NCBI RefSeq assembly: GCF_018977255.1
Contig: NW_024704743.1
Location: 111,354,001-111,418,000 of the forward strand
Direction of reading: 5' to 3'
From: Callorhinchus milii
Taxonomy: Eukaryota
DNA length: 64,000 bases
Numbering within the stretch: the stretch's first letter is position 1; every line of letters starts with the position of its first letter. This document shows, in pieces, positions 39,905-51,997 of this stretch. Under the pieces are notes generated by a model. It did not search any database. It had not been told where the DNA came from and saw nothing but the letters and a program-made list of their open reading frames with translations. The position numbers and the translations under genes were made by a program.

Positions 39905-40684
39905 GTATGAGTGGATGAATTCCAAGGGGTATATTCTAGAACTTAACAGCAGTTCAGTTGTCTACGCCTAAAAATGGTACATTTCATAACAGAATTGATG
40001 TGTCCCTAATGTTCAGAATTCCCTCCCTCTTTCTGTATTACGCCCCCCCTATCAACAACAACAACTTGCATTTAGATAGCTCCCTTAACCCTATCTGTCT
40101 TTAAGACCTCCCTTAAAACCTTCCTTTTATCACCATCCCTTGCTTGACTTCCCACCATATATAAATGCAACTTGTTCTTGTTGTTCTTAAAAAATGTTAC
40201 AGTTTTCAATCCAATCCTAAAGACAGCCTACGAACTACCTCTCTCCCAAGGGTATTTACGTAGCTCTCTTCACACGGGGTAGCGTCTCGGAGCGCTGAAG
40301 TGGTTTGTGGCAGAGAATTCCTCATTTCCAATCACACTCCACATAAAGATTTTTTTCTAACACCTCCTTTGTTTACTCTTGTGGTTGGTTATCTTACACA
40401 TATTTTGTATCAACCTGGACTGAATCAAGTCCAGGTCGAGAAAGTTAAAGAGCAGTGTGCAGACCCATGAATGAATCAGTCAGAAAGCATTGGCTTTAGT
40501 AATAATAATAATCCTTGCATTTGATATAGAGCCTTATCATGTCTTCGAGATGTCTCAAAGTGCTTCACAGAATATACTGTAAAGTCTAGTGACTGTGTAT
40601 TTTGTGGATGAAAAGCATTGATATGTTATTGAACATATTTATTTTTCTCCAGAAACTGTATTACTGTAATATGTAATATTATAG

Positions 40685-40878
40685 ATTCCAGGATTCTGCG
40701 AGGTTGGCCTTAATGAGCAGTTGCCTGGAGATATCGAGGCTGTGAATTGCAGAGTGTTAGTTGGCTATAAGTCAGTGTATCGTATCTGCGTTGGAATGGC
40801 ATTGTTCTTCTTCTTGCTGGCTCTGCTTATGATCAATGTGAAAAACAGCAAATGTCCCAGGGCCATGGTACATAACAG
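40685..40878 (+). CDS. SERINC-family exon 3 ([64 protein letters not shown])
   Basis: atag|...|gtaaga, 194 nt, phase 0-2. IPGFC, C..LVGYKxVYR and PRA.VHN motifs. Loop length matches SERINC3 as I recall it. Confidence 0.95.
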
Positions 40879-41337
40879 GTAAGAGTCCATGTGAAAATGG
40901 GAGCAATTTTGAAGCTGAAACTAAAACCAAACTTTTAGGAACTCTTTAGTAAGATTTCTTGTTTTAAAAAAGACACTACTTTTAATTACACTTTATTTTT
41001 AAAACTTATCATCTTCAAAACCAGTACTTAGGATCTTAAGTGTTTAACTTGATTCTGTTAACAGAAGTTATTTATCCTATGGCTACCAATCTGTTTATTA
41101 ATTTTACTACTAACTATAACGTTTTCTATAACATTGAAACAGTAAATTATTTCTTTACATATGCGTAAGTTACATGCTGGATTATTTCATGTGTTTTTTG
41201 GATGGACACTATCTGTAGGGATACTAGGTCTACAGGCAGGATTTCAATCAATGGCAATAGTGAAGTCAGTTCCTACTTATACTCTTAATTTGGTGCGTTT
41301 AGGAAAATCATGGTGGTATTATCTTTCTCTTCTAAAG

Positions 41338-41417
41338 CTTCTGGTTCTTCAAATTCGTAGCACTTGTGGCTATAATGGTTGGCGTGTTTTATATCCCTGA
41401 AGGACACTTCACTCGAG
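41338..41417 (+). CDS. SERINC-family exon 4 ((S)FWFFKFVALVAIMVGVFYIPEGHFTR)
   Basis: ctaaag|...|gtaagt, 80 nt, phase 2-1. FWFFK and FYIP motifs. Confidence 0.95.
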
Positions 41418-42961
41418 GTAAGTGAGCTGGATGTCTGTGAGTTCGGTCTCTGAAATCAAACACTCTGAAAAGGTTGCTCAGGCCAGCACTATGAATGGTA
41501 TCCCATTCCAACAGTTATTTTTTAGGGAAAGTTAATATGGAGGGAAGTGAATTCCACACGTAATGTGTGTGGTTCAAAAAGCTTCCTTTGAACCTTTTGT
41601 AATCTTGTGGGAACCTACAGACAGGACTTCAGTACATTAAGACTGTGGTTGGGTTGGCTTTTCAGTTTCCTTGAAACCACTTTCCCTATTTGATGGGATT
41701 AGAAGCTCCTGTAGCATTTTAAGTTAGTGAGAAGATACATTCAACAATAACAGCAACAACAATTTACATTTATATAGCGCCCTTCATGCGGGGTAGAAAC
41801 TCAGAGCCCTTCACGGTGGCAGAGTCTGACAACGAGCCGGGGGAGAGGTAGGGGGACGTGACCGTAAGCACGATCAAAAAGGAAGGTCTTTAGGCGGGAT
41901 TTGAAGGTGGGGAGGGAGGGGGCAAGGTGGAGGGATTGAGGGAGAAAGTTCCAGAGTTTCCTCACCACAGTAAAATACACCCCTCACCAATGTCAGTTAT
42001 ATAGTACTGCCTGCAGTATAAGTGTTACTTTGAGAAGCCTTTGTAAAGATAGTACCTGACATTTTTACCAATGCTTATACAGCACATATTAAATACATAG
42101 GCCGTAAATACTAGCATAAAGAATTACCCATTTGCTTACATTTTTTTAATGGCAAATTTGCACATTACTGATACCGAAACACTTCAATAACAGTGCCAGT
42201 GAATGTGCTAAATACAAATGTTGATGTGAGCTGGAAAGGAATATAGCGTGTTCTCAGATTACCAGATCTGTTTTAACACTGAGTGCAAATGGAAAGAAAT
42301 GAGCATTCAATTAGTGACCTATGCTATTCTACATAGTTTTACATTGATATGCTATCACATATCTAAACTTGTACTATGGAGTCTACATTACAATAACTGG
42401 AAATTGATATTTCACAGACATAAAGGAGTCTTTATAATTACAACAGCATCATGATAAAAATCGTTGCCTTTGATATTGTGCCTTTCACTTTGGGAGGACA
42501 TTTCAAATGCTTCACAAGATTTACTGTAAAGTGTAGTGACTGTTTAGTTTGCAGACAAATAGGGCAGGCAATTTGCACACAGCAATGTCTCACAAACAGC
42601 GATGAAGTGAATGACCAATTTGATCTGGAAGATTGTTGAGCAGGACACCACAAGAAACTACCTTCCCTTGTCAAGTATTGTCATGGATCTTTAATGTCTA
42701 CCTGAACAGCCAGAAGAATTAACATCTCCTCAGAGGTGTTGGCAACTCTGACAATGCAGCGGAGTGTATTGGTGTGTCAGCCAGTACTGTGAGCTCAAAG
42801 TCCCAGTTGTGAAAAATTAAGAGTGATTTATATTTCAATTAATCTTAATTTTTTATATTTATGTATTTAAAATGTGGTAGTGTCCAATTTGAGGGATTCA
42901 ATAAGGAATCTTATTGGAATTCCCATAGACTCCTAAGGCTTTAGGCAGCTCATATACTGTT

Positions 42962-43346
42962 GTCCTGTAGCTCAGTGATTAGAGCGCTCATCTCGCAAGC
43001 AAGAGGACCAGATTTCAATTCCAAGCAAGGCAAAACATTGGGTAAGTTTCCTTACTCCACATGCCTCGGTTTACCTCACAGTAAGTAGGGAACCTGGCTG
43101 TTAGTCAATTAGCGGATTGCTTTTCCAGGGATAATTATTTCTTCAAAAAAAAATATATTTAGTCACTCAATCCACAACTGTTTGTGGGATGCTGCTGTAC
43201 GTAGTTGGCTGCCGCGTTTCGCCCACAAAATACACAATCAATTCACATTACAGTATATTCTGTGATGCGCTTTGAGATGTCTCGAAGATGTGATAAGGTG
43301 CTATATCAAAATGCAAGGATTATTATAATTATAATTATTATTATTA
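42962..43346 (+). mobile_element. Family-A SINE, long form
   Basis: Head GTCCTGTAGCTCAGTGATTAGAGC, internal segment, core and (ATT)n tail. Confidence 0.85.
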
Positions 43347-44458
43347 CATCATAGCTGAGTTATCCTGTGGGTTGGCATGGCTTACCTCCAGGGACTGGAA
43401 GGATGTGCCATTTAATATGCAACTTAGATTCCTTATTATGGGCATTGAAAACACTGTAGAAATATGGGCAGAAGAAAACTGCGTCCTGCAAGAGAATGCC
43501 AATGCCAAACTATGGAGAGTTCTATAAGCAATGTGCCAACTTATAACTGGACTGAGATTTTTAAGTTTGGCTCAGTGGTATCATTCTCACCTGAGTCAGA
43601 AGGTTGTGGGTTTGAATCCCACGTCAGGACTTGGAATCACACAGTCTAAGTTAATACTCCAATGCAGTGCTGGGGGATGGGGTGTTGCATTGCCTTCCTT
43701 CGGAGAAGAGATTAAACCGAGCTCTTGATTGTGAGACACTGCTGTGCACAACAATGCCCAGCGTTTTGTCCACAAAATATACAGATATACAGTCAAACCA
43801 CTTTCCTGTGAAGCACTTTGAGACATCTCAATGATGTGATAAGGCGCTATATCAAATGCAAGGATTATTATTATATTCATGTAGGTTCTTGATAACTGGC
43901 AAAGGGAGTCCTTTTATTCAATTGACTTGGTTGATTTTGAATCTAAGCAGATATAGGATGAACTACATTGTCACCCACAGGGTCACCCAGCCCTCATTAG
44001 TATCTTATTTAGCTTAGCCCTCTTTACAATTGCCATAATTATAGCCACATTCAGGAGAAAAGACAAGCTTAAAATTCTTTCTGTCCCAGACACACTAAAT
44101 ATGATGGTTAATTGTATATGCCAATGAAAGAGGTCACAAAGCTTTAACTTTCACTAATTGGTTCCTCCTTAAAAATCTTGCTTCCTGGAGCCTTGCTGCT
44201 CAAACCTACCAAAGAGATTTCAGAAATAAGTTAATCTTATTCAGCGTTCTGATACCTGAGCCACAAAAATAAATCCTGATTGACTGACTGATTGACTCAC
44301 TGCACACTGCTGTCACACAAGATGTGTTCTCACTCTCGTTTCACACAACAACGACTTTCATTTATACCCTTCACGCGAGATAGTGTCTTGCAGCGCTGAA
44401 CAACAGCAGAATTTGGTGTCGAGCTGGGAAGAAAGGGAAGGTGACCATAGGCACAGTT

Positions 44459-44778
44459 ATAATAATAATAATAATCCTTGCATTTGATATAGCACTTTTC
44501 ACGTCTTCTCGATGTCTCAAAGCGCTTCACAGAATAGACTGTAAAGTGAATTGACCGTATATTTGTGGGTGAAACGTGGCAGCCAATTGTGCACAGCAGT
44601 GTCCCACAAACAGTCGTGGATTGAAAATGACCAATTTATTATTGTTTTGTTTTTTTGGATCGATTATTATTAGGCTTGTGGAGTAAGGAAACTTGCCCAA
44701 GGTTTCGCCCTGCCTGGAATTGAACCCAGGTGTCTCGCTTGCAAGGCGAGTGCTCTAACCACTGAGCTACAGGACTCC
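44459..44778 (-). mobile_element. Full-length family-A SINE inserted in an antisense L2 fragment (about 44390-44935)
   Basis: Intact head with anticodon-like arm CTCGC-CTTGCAA-GCGAG. Apparent CAGTT duplication at its ends. Confidence 0.88.
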
Positions 44779-44971
44779 AGTTTGAAGAGTAAAGTCTTTT
44801 AAAGGTGTGATTTAAAGATGGGTAAAGAGGGGGTTAGGCGGAAGGATTGAGGCAGGGAGTTCCAGAGGTTCAGGGCATAGGGGCTGATGGCACAGCTGCC
44901 GATGGTGGAGCGGAGGGGTTGAGGGATGAGAATAAACCTAAGAAACCCCATAGAAACTGTCTTCTTTTCAG

Positions 44972-45109
44972 CCTCGTTCGGGATTGGTTCAGTGGGTGCC
45001 TTTTGTTTCCTCCTCACGGAGCTGGTGCTGCTGGTTGACTTTGGCAATTCTTGGAATGAATCCTGGGTGAGAAGGTCACAGGAAGGAGGATCCCGGGTTT
45101 GGTACTGGG
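44972..45109 (+). CDS. SERINC-family exon 5 ((A)SFGIGSVGAFCFLLTELVLLVDFGNSWNESWVRRSQEGGSRVWYW)
   Basis: ttttcag|...|gtacgt, 138 nt, phase 1-1. LVLLVDF..SWNESWV motif. Confidence 0.95.
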
Positions 45110-46043
45110 GTACGTGAATATTTCTAGCATTTGCTTACAGTGTGAAGATGAAGCTAATATTCTCATGCTCCTAGCTACTACTGATACTTATACTCTAATA
45201 CAGTACATCTTGTGAAGTGCTTTAATATGTCTTGATAACGTGCTCAGCCGCTATATCAAATGCAAGGATTGTTATTATATTCCTGTGGGTTCCTGATAAC
45301 TGGCAAAGAGAGACATATCATTTGGTTGACTTGGCTGGTTTTGAATCTAAGCAGATATGAGATGACATATCTGCACTATCACCCACAGTATCACCCAGTC
45401 TAATACTCTGTGGAATTAGGTAAGAAGGGTCCGACATTTCAGGGAGAGAGTACATATTCCATTTCAGGCGCAGGAAAATTCTCATGTTTTGGTGGTATAC
45501 AAATTTGGAACTCTCAGTCTAGTTTGGATACTCGTAAACATGGTGATGGGTCTTTGCATGTGTCAGACACCCCGCTGACCAGAAAAAGAAAATAGATGAA
45601 ACCTAGATTACCCAGTATTTTAAGATTTAAAGTACTTTCAAAGTCACAGGTGGGGCTGAGCACCACCTTGTGGTGAAATAAAGATCCCAATGCTGGTGTT
45701 CATGAATTGACACCAAATATTTCAGAACACTTTGTGAAAGTCGTTTACCATTTCAACAACAAGAACAACTTAAGTATATATGCAGTATAAGGGTGCTGCA
45801 TGCATCTCAGCAGCACTTTCAAATAAACACAGTGAGAAATTTCCTCCTTTTTTTTGTCCTGGTTGAACCAAAGACTCAGAATTTATTCTGTCAATAATTC
45901 TGATTGCGTACAGGTTTGGTGCAGCTCTGTGGGTTTAAGTATAACCCATGGACAATGTGTTCCCTCAGGACTTGCTGAATTTGGCGCCAATAATCTCTGT
46001 GCATCAGCTGCTGGAAATACTCGCGAGAGCAGTCCTGTTGATC

Positions 46044-48050
46044 ATAAGAACATAAGAACTTAAGAAATAGTAGCAGGCGTAGGCTATTCGGCCCCTCAAG
46101 CCTGCCCCACCATTTAATAAGTCATGGGTAACCTAATTCCATTTACCCACCCTATCCCCATATCCCTTAATCCCTTTAGTTTTTAAAAATCTATCGATCT
46201 CAGTATTAAATATGTTAAATGACTGAGCATCCACAGCCTTCTGGGGTAGAGAATTCCATAAATTCACTAGTGAAGAAATGTTTTCTCTACTCAGTTCTAA
46301 AGGGCTGACCTTTAATCCTGAGACTGTGACCCCTAGTTTTAGATTCTCCAACCAGGGGAAACAGTCTTACAATATTTAGCCTGTCAAGACCCTTAAGAAT
46401 CTGAAAGTTTCTATAAGATCACCTCTAATTCTTCTATATTCTAGAGAATATAAGCCTAGTCTAAAACTCTTGTTCATGCCTTTATCACCTCCAGGCTCGA
46501 CTATGCAAATGCCCTGCTTGTCGATCTTCCCAACTCCTCTATCCACAGGCTGCAGATAATCCAGAACTCTGCAGCCTGTGTCCTCTTCCGCACCAAACTC
46601 CGTGACCCCATCTCCCCCATTCTCGCCCGACTCCATTGGCTCCCTATCTTTCAGAGGATCCAGTTCAAGACACTGGTCCTCACCTACAAAGCCCTCCATG
46701 GCCTTGCCCCACCCTACCTCTGCGACCTCCTAACCCCCTACCAACCTGCCCATTCCCTCCACTCAGCCGGCTCTGGCCTGCTCTACGTCCCCCGACCCAC
46801 CCGCCCCACCACTGGCGGGAGAGCCTTTAGCCACTCTGCCCCCAAAGTCTGGAATTCCATCCCCCAATCACTCCGCCTCGCCCCCACCTTAGCCTCCTTC
46901 AAATCCCACCTCAAGACCCTCCTTTTCGACCATTCCATTGGCCACCTCCTTCCCCTCCCCTCTCTTCTCATGCCCTGACCCCAGTTCGGGTCTGAAATGC
47001 TGTACTCTGTCCAGCGCCTTGGGACGTCCTCCCGACGTGAAAAGTGCTATACAAATGTAATCTTGTTGTTGTAGTCTACTCAACCTCTCCTCATAGGTCA
47101 ACCTCCTTATCCCAGGAACCAACCGAGTGAACCTATATTGCATCCCCTCTAAGGCGAGTATATCCTTTCTTAGATAAGGAGACCAAAACTGCATACAATA
47201 TTCCAGGTGCGGTTCCAGGTCTCACAAAGGCCCTATACAATTGCAGCAAGACTTCGCTATTCTTGTACTCTAACCCCTTTGCAAGAAATACTAACATGCT
47301 ATTAGCCTTCCTAATTGCTTGCTGTACCTGCATACTAACTTTCTGTGATTGGTGAACAAGAACACCTAAATCCCTCTGAATATTAACACGATCTAGTCTC
47401 TTCCCCTCTAGAAAATAATCTGCTTTTCTATTTTTTCTACCTAGGTGAATAACTTCACACTTCCCCACATTATACTCTATCTGCCACTCACTTAACCTGT
47501 CTATATCCCTTTGCATCCTCCTTGTGTCCTCCTCACAGCTTACTTTCCCACCTAGCTTTGTATCGTCTGCGAGTTTAGATACATTAAGCTCTACGTCCTC
47601 ATCTAAGTCATTGATGTAGACTGTAAACAGTTGAGGCCCAAGTACTGATCCTCACGGCACTCCACTTGTCACAACCTGCCAATCTGAGAAGGACCCATTT
47701 TTCCCTACTCTCTGTTTTCTGCCTGTTAACCACTCTTCGATCCATGTTAATATATTACCCTTAATTCCATGAGCCCTAACCTTATGTAACAACCTTTTAT
47801 GTGGCACCTTGTTGAATACCTTCTAAAATCCAAGTACACTATATCCACTGGTTCCCCCCATTTAACCTGCTAGTTACATCTTCAAAAAACTCTAAAAGAT
47901 TTGTAAAGCACGATTTCCCTTTCATAAAACCGTGTTGACTCTGCCTAATCATATTATTACTTTCTTAGTGCCCCACGACGACGTCCCCAATTACAGACAC
48001 TAGAATTTTCCCTACCACCGATGTCAGGCTAACTGGTCTAAAGTTACCCA
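46044..48050 (-). mobile_element. CR1-type LINE (RT region to 3' end), interrupted by an L2
   Basis: ORF remnants QRDIDRLSEW, NVGKCEVIHLGRKN, RDLGVLV, QFWSPYLRKDILALE, RGDLIETF, NLWNSLPQKAV, with a (CATAAGAA)n tail. Confidence 0.92.
46464..47071 (+). mobile_element. L2 3' portion nested in the CR1, with 7-bp TSD
   Basis: TAGTCTA at 46457-46463 and 47072-47078. L2 ORF2 end and (TTG)n tail. Confidence 0.9.
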
Positions 48051-48282
48051 TTGACATAGTACTTTTCATGTCAGGGCAATGTTTCAAAGTACGTCATGGG
48101 ATTTACTGTTACGTCTCATCCAATGTACGTTTCACCCCTCGTAATACAACACCCCCCAGCACTGCATTGGAGTGTGAGTTTAGATATATGGGTTCAAAGT
48201 GGGCCTTGAGCCCACAATGATTCTGACTCAGAGGTGACAGTGTTGCCAACTGAGCAAGGTACCTATCTACTCAATAAGGGTT

Positions 48283-48337
48283 AACAAAACCAGACTGTTT
48301 TAAGATTCTCTAAACAAAACCAGACTGTTTTAAGATT
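48283..48337. repeat. 30-bp-period tandem duplication (AACAAAACCAGACTGTTTTAAGATT x2)
   Basis: Direct reading. Confidence 0.8.
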
Positions 48338-49626
48338 AAGATTCTCACCTGCTGTCTTACTACTGATTGCCACTAGATGACCCCACACAACGTTCAGCAT
48401 ATAAACGAAAACTGGGGACTATTAGCACCACAAAAGATATGCCATAAACTCTGGATCATGTCATTCATCTTCTGATCAAAATTTGTGGAGTCCTTTTGCA
48501 AATCTGTCATAAATTCCAGTACATTGGTTTGTTGACCTTGGTTACATTCAGATACTTTAAAATAGGCAAACACCATATTTTATATATAATGGTATTACAC
48601 AGACTGAATAAAGACTGGACATAGATGAGACATAGAATTACATAGACTTACATGAACTAATAATAATAATACTTTATGCCTTTCACATCAGGAGAATGTC
48701 CCAAAGTGCATCACAGGATTTATTGTAAAGTGTAAAACACTGTCCTTTACAGATATCGCCTGGAGATCGACCGACATAAACTGTAAATAGAATTATATAG
48801 ATTGTTACAGCACTGAAACATTTTTCTTGATAATTGTTCTTAATAAATTACAATACAAATTTACATTTATATAGTGCCTTTCATGTCCGGAGGATGTCCC
48901 AAGGTACTTCCGTGTGAGAGATCTGCTTACTTTAATATGAAGGACAGATTTCAAACTGATTGAGTGCTGCTGTTTTGGGAATGATAATGAAATGGCATAA
49001 AATTAGTGAGAAAATAAAAATGCTCCTTGCATTTGCTACAGTTTCTTTCATGTCAGAAGAATGTCTCAAAGTGCTTCACAGGATTTACTGTGAAATGTAG
49101 TGTCTGTATTTATAGGTGATCACGACAGCCAATTTGGATGCAGCAATGTCCCCAAGCAGCTATGGCCAATTTTATCTGGGGGATTGTTGGCCAGGGCACT
49201 CTACTTTAAGATCTCATTGAAAGTGATGATCATAGAAATTCTGGCACAGAAAGAATCCACTGAGCCCATCAACCCTGTGCTGGTGCTTCTCCTCCACTCT
49301 GACAAACTACTCCAAGCCCAAATCTTTGCTCTTTCCCCATTTCTCTTCAAATATAAAATGTCTGTAATCCCAATTTGCTCCCATCGTAGCTAAGTAACTT
49401 CTTACAAACTTACAGTACTTAAATCATCTCTGTTAATTTAACTTAAATAAAAATACAAGTTTTTTTCTAGTGATTGGGATAGCTTTGAGGGGTATATTCT
49501 GAATTTAGCTCATAGCTGTGAATTTTGTCAATTAATAAGGGTTTGCTTTAAGGATGGCTGCAGAAAAGATGGAGTGATGATTAAAGAAATAGTCTAGCAA
49601 CAGCTCAATTTCTTGTGTTTTTACAG

Positions 49627-49796
49627 CACTGCTGTCAGTTACAGGCCTGAATTATGGAACGTCATTAACCATTGCAATCTCCTGTTATGTGTTCTACACC
49701 ACGGCTGACGGCTGCATTGAGAATAAATGTTTCATCAGCTTCAACATCCTGCTGTGTGTTTTAGCTTCTTTAATATCAACTCTTCCAAAAATCCAG
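49627..49796 (+). CDS. SERINC-family exon 6 ((A)LLSVTGLNYGTSLTIAISCYVFYTTADGCIENKCFISFNILLCVLASLISTLPKIQ)
   Basis: tttacag|...|gtaagc, 170 nt, phase 1-0. YT..DGC.ENK.FIS.N..LC and LPKIQ motifs. Confidence 0.95.
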
Positions 49797-50099
49797 GTAA
49801 GCAAGTTATTATGTTGCTTTTATTGCATGACCGAAACAAATCTTGTAATATCTCTTGTTAAAACCGTTCACAATATTACAATAATTATAATGTAATTCAT
49901 TTTAGTTTCAGATGGGCAAGTACTTTTGCTGCCTGCTATGTTTGTTTAATAATGGATATTAATGATTACGGGAGAGGGCAATGAGCAATGGCGGCAGGTG
50001 TCTCTTCAATATCTGAGTCATCTGTATTATTAACAGAATAATGACAATAATCCTCAATAATTGTCTAAAATCACACCAGCTACCCGACCTCCCCTAAAA

Positions 50100-50826
50100 C
50101 TCTTTGAACCTAAAGGCAACCTAGACGTCAAGTTCAACGCCCAATTATCCTTCCTCCCCCACATCCGGTCCCTCACCAGCACCGCTTTCTTCCACCTCCG
50201 ACGCATCGCCCGTCTCCGCCAATACCTCACTCCAAAAGCCGCTGAAACCCTGGTCCATGCCTTTGTCACCTCTTGGTGGACTATTCAAATGCCCTCCTCG
50301 CTGGTCTCCTCTCCACTACCATCCATAAAATCCAGGTCATACAAAACTCTGCCGCCTGCATTCTTACCCTCACCAAACTCCGCTCCCCGATTACCCCAGT
50401 CCTTGCCAGACTGCACTGTCTGCCTGTCCCAGAGAGGATCGACTTCAAGATCCTCACCCTTGTCTTCAAATCCCTCCACTCCTCTGCACCCTCCTACCTC
50501 TCTGACCTCCTCTCTCCTCACAACAGTGCCCGTTGCTTTCATTCCACCAGGTCTGGCCTCCTCCTTGTCCCCCGAGTCCTCCGCTCCACCCTCGGCAGCC
50601 GTGCTTTCAGCCACTATGCCCCGAGGCTCTGGAACTCCCTTCCTCACTCCCTTCGCTTCTCCCCCTCTTCCTATTTTCAGGTCTCGGCTGAAGACCTTTC
50701 TTTTCGACCGCCCCTTTGGTCACCTTCCTCCCCCTCCCCCTGGCTCGGCCCCAGGATCCGTTACTGTGAAGCGCTCTGAGATGCCGTCCGGCATGGAGGC
50801 GCTACATAAATCCAAGTTGTTGTTGT
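50100..50826 (+). mobile_element. L2-type LINE 3' portion (distinct 3' UTR subfamily)
   Basis: AFFHLRRIARLRQYLT, DYSNALLAGL, RAFSHYAPRLWNSLP. Closely similar to 52910-53284. Confidence 0.9.
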
Positions 50827-51997
50827 TATTAACAGAATAATAATGTCAATTATCCTTGCACAATGCCAAAATTATCTTGAACTAAAGATAAGATCAGGCA
50901 GGAAATGATAATAATCCTTGCATTTGATGTAGGATCTTCTCACGTCGTCAAGGCCCTCAAAGCGCTTCACAGGATATACTGTAAACTATAATAACTGCGT
51001 ATTTGTTGTCAAACACTGCAGCCAATTTACATACAGCAATATCCCACAAACAGCCATGAAGTGACTATTTTTTTTCTGGGGCTTGTTGGTCAGGACATTG
51101 GGAGAAACTTGCTTCTTTTTTGAACAGTGCCATGAAATCTTGAAACTTTAGTTTAATGTCTCACCTGAAGGGCGGCACCTCATACAATGCAGAACTCTGC
51201 CAGCACTAAATTGGCATCAGTCTGCACAATGAGCTCAAAGTCCTGATGCAGGGTTTGACAACAACAACAACTTGGATTTATATAGCACCCTTCACGACCT
51301 GGAGCGCTTGACATTGGCGGAGTCTGACATCGAGCCGGGGGGGTGAGGAAGTGGGAGGCGACCGTAAGCACGATCCAAAAGGAAGTTCTTTAAATCTTCC
51401 TCATGTTCAAGGGCTTTTTAATGAGTTTAATACCAAGATAGATTTGGTTTTGAATTTCACCTTTCCTGCTATGCATGTGATTCGTGACTCAATGTTGAAC
51501 ATATTGGTGTTACTATTATTGTTGACCTATCCAGATCTCCATTTCCACCACCCGAATCTTCTGCGAGATGCTCAGTTTGGAAAGGTCAATCGTTCTCAGC
51601 TCCGGTCAGGATTGTTGAACTTTACAGGGCCCCAGAAGCAAAAGTAGAAGCTCATTCTTACTCCCTGTTGGGGACTCAATATTCCAAGTGTAGATAATGT
51701 GCAGCGAGGGAGCCCTGGCAGCTGCAGCTCAGAGGCTCTTTTGTTGACACATCAACCTACTGTTTGGAATAACGGTATGATATGAAATTTACAGTACAAA
51801 AGAAGCCGATTGCGCCTTTAGAAGTTGAAGCAGCAACTGTGTTCAAAGGGATGTTGACTCAGGAGGATGCAGTTCTAGTGCACTTTACAGATAAGGGTAG
51901 TTGTATGTCAGATGCACCGGATAACATTTAACGACCACCATGTGGATAAGAGTCAGTTTCTTACCAGAACAGCCCGTGTCCTTTTTCTTTGGAAAAG

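Noticed and set aside
44703..44778. tRNA-Ala(TGC)-like sequence (also at 8907, 16151, 23415, 60651)
   Set aside because: No pairing acceptor stem, the anticodon loop varies among copies, and each continues into a SINE body. These are SINE heads, not tRNA genes.
7745..50840. Longer ORF-track entries (for example 7917-8618, 38460-38795, 47133-47516, 50061-50840) as host genes or active RTs
   Set aside because: They are frameshifted, truncated LINE ORF2 remnants. No intact element is present.
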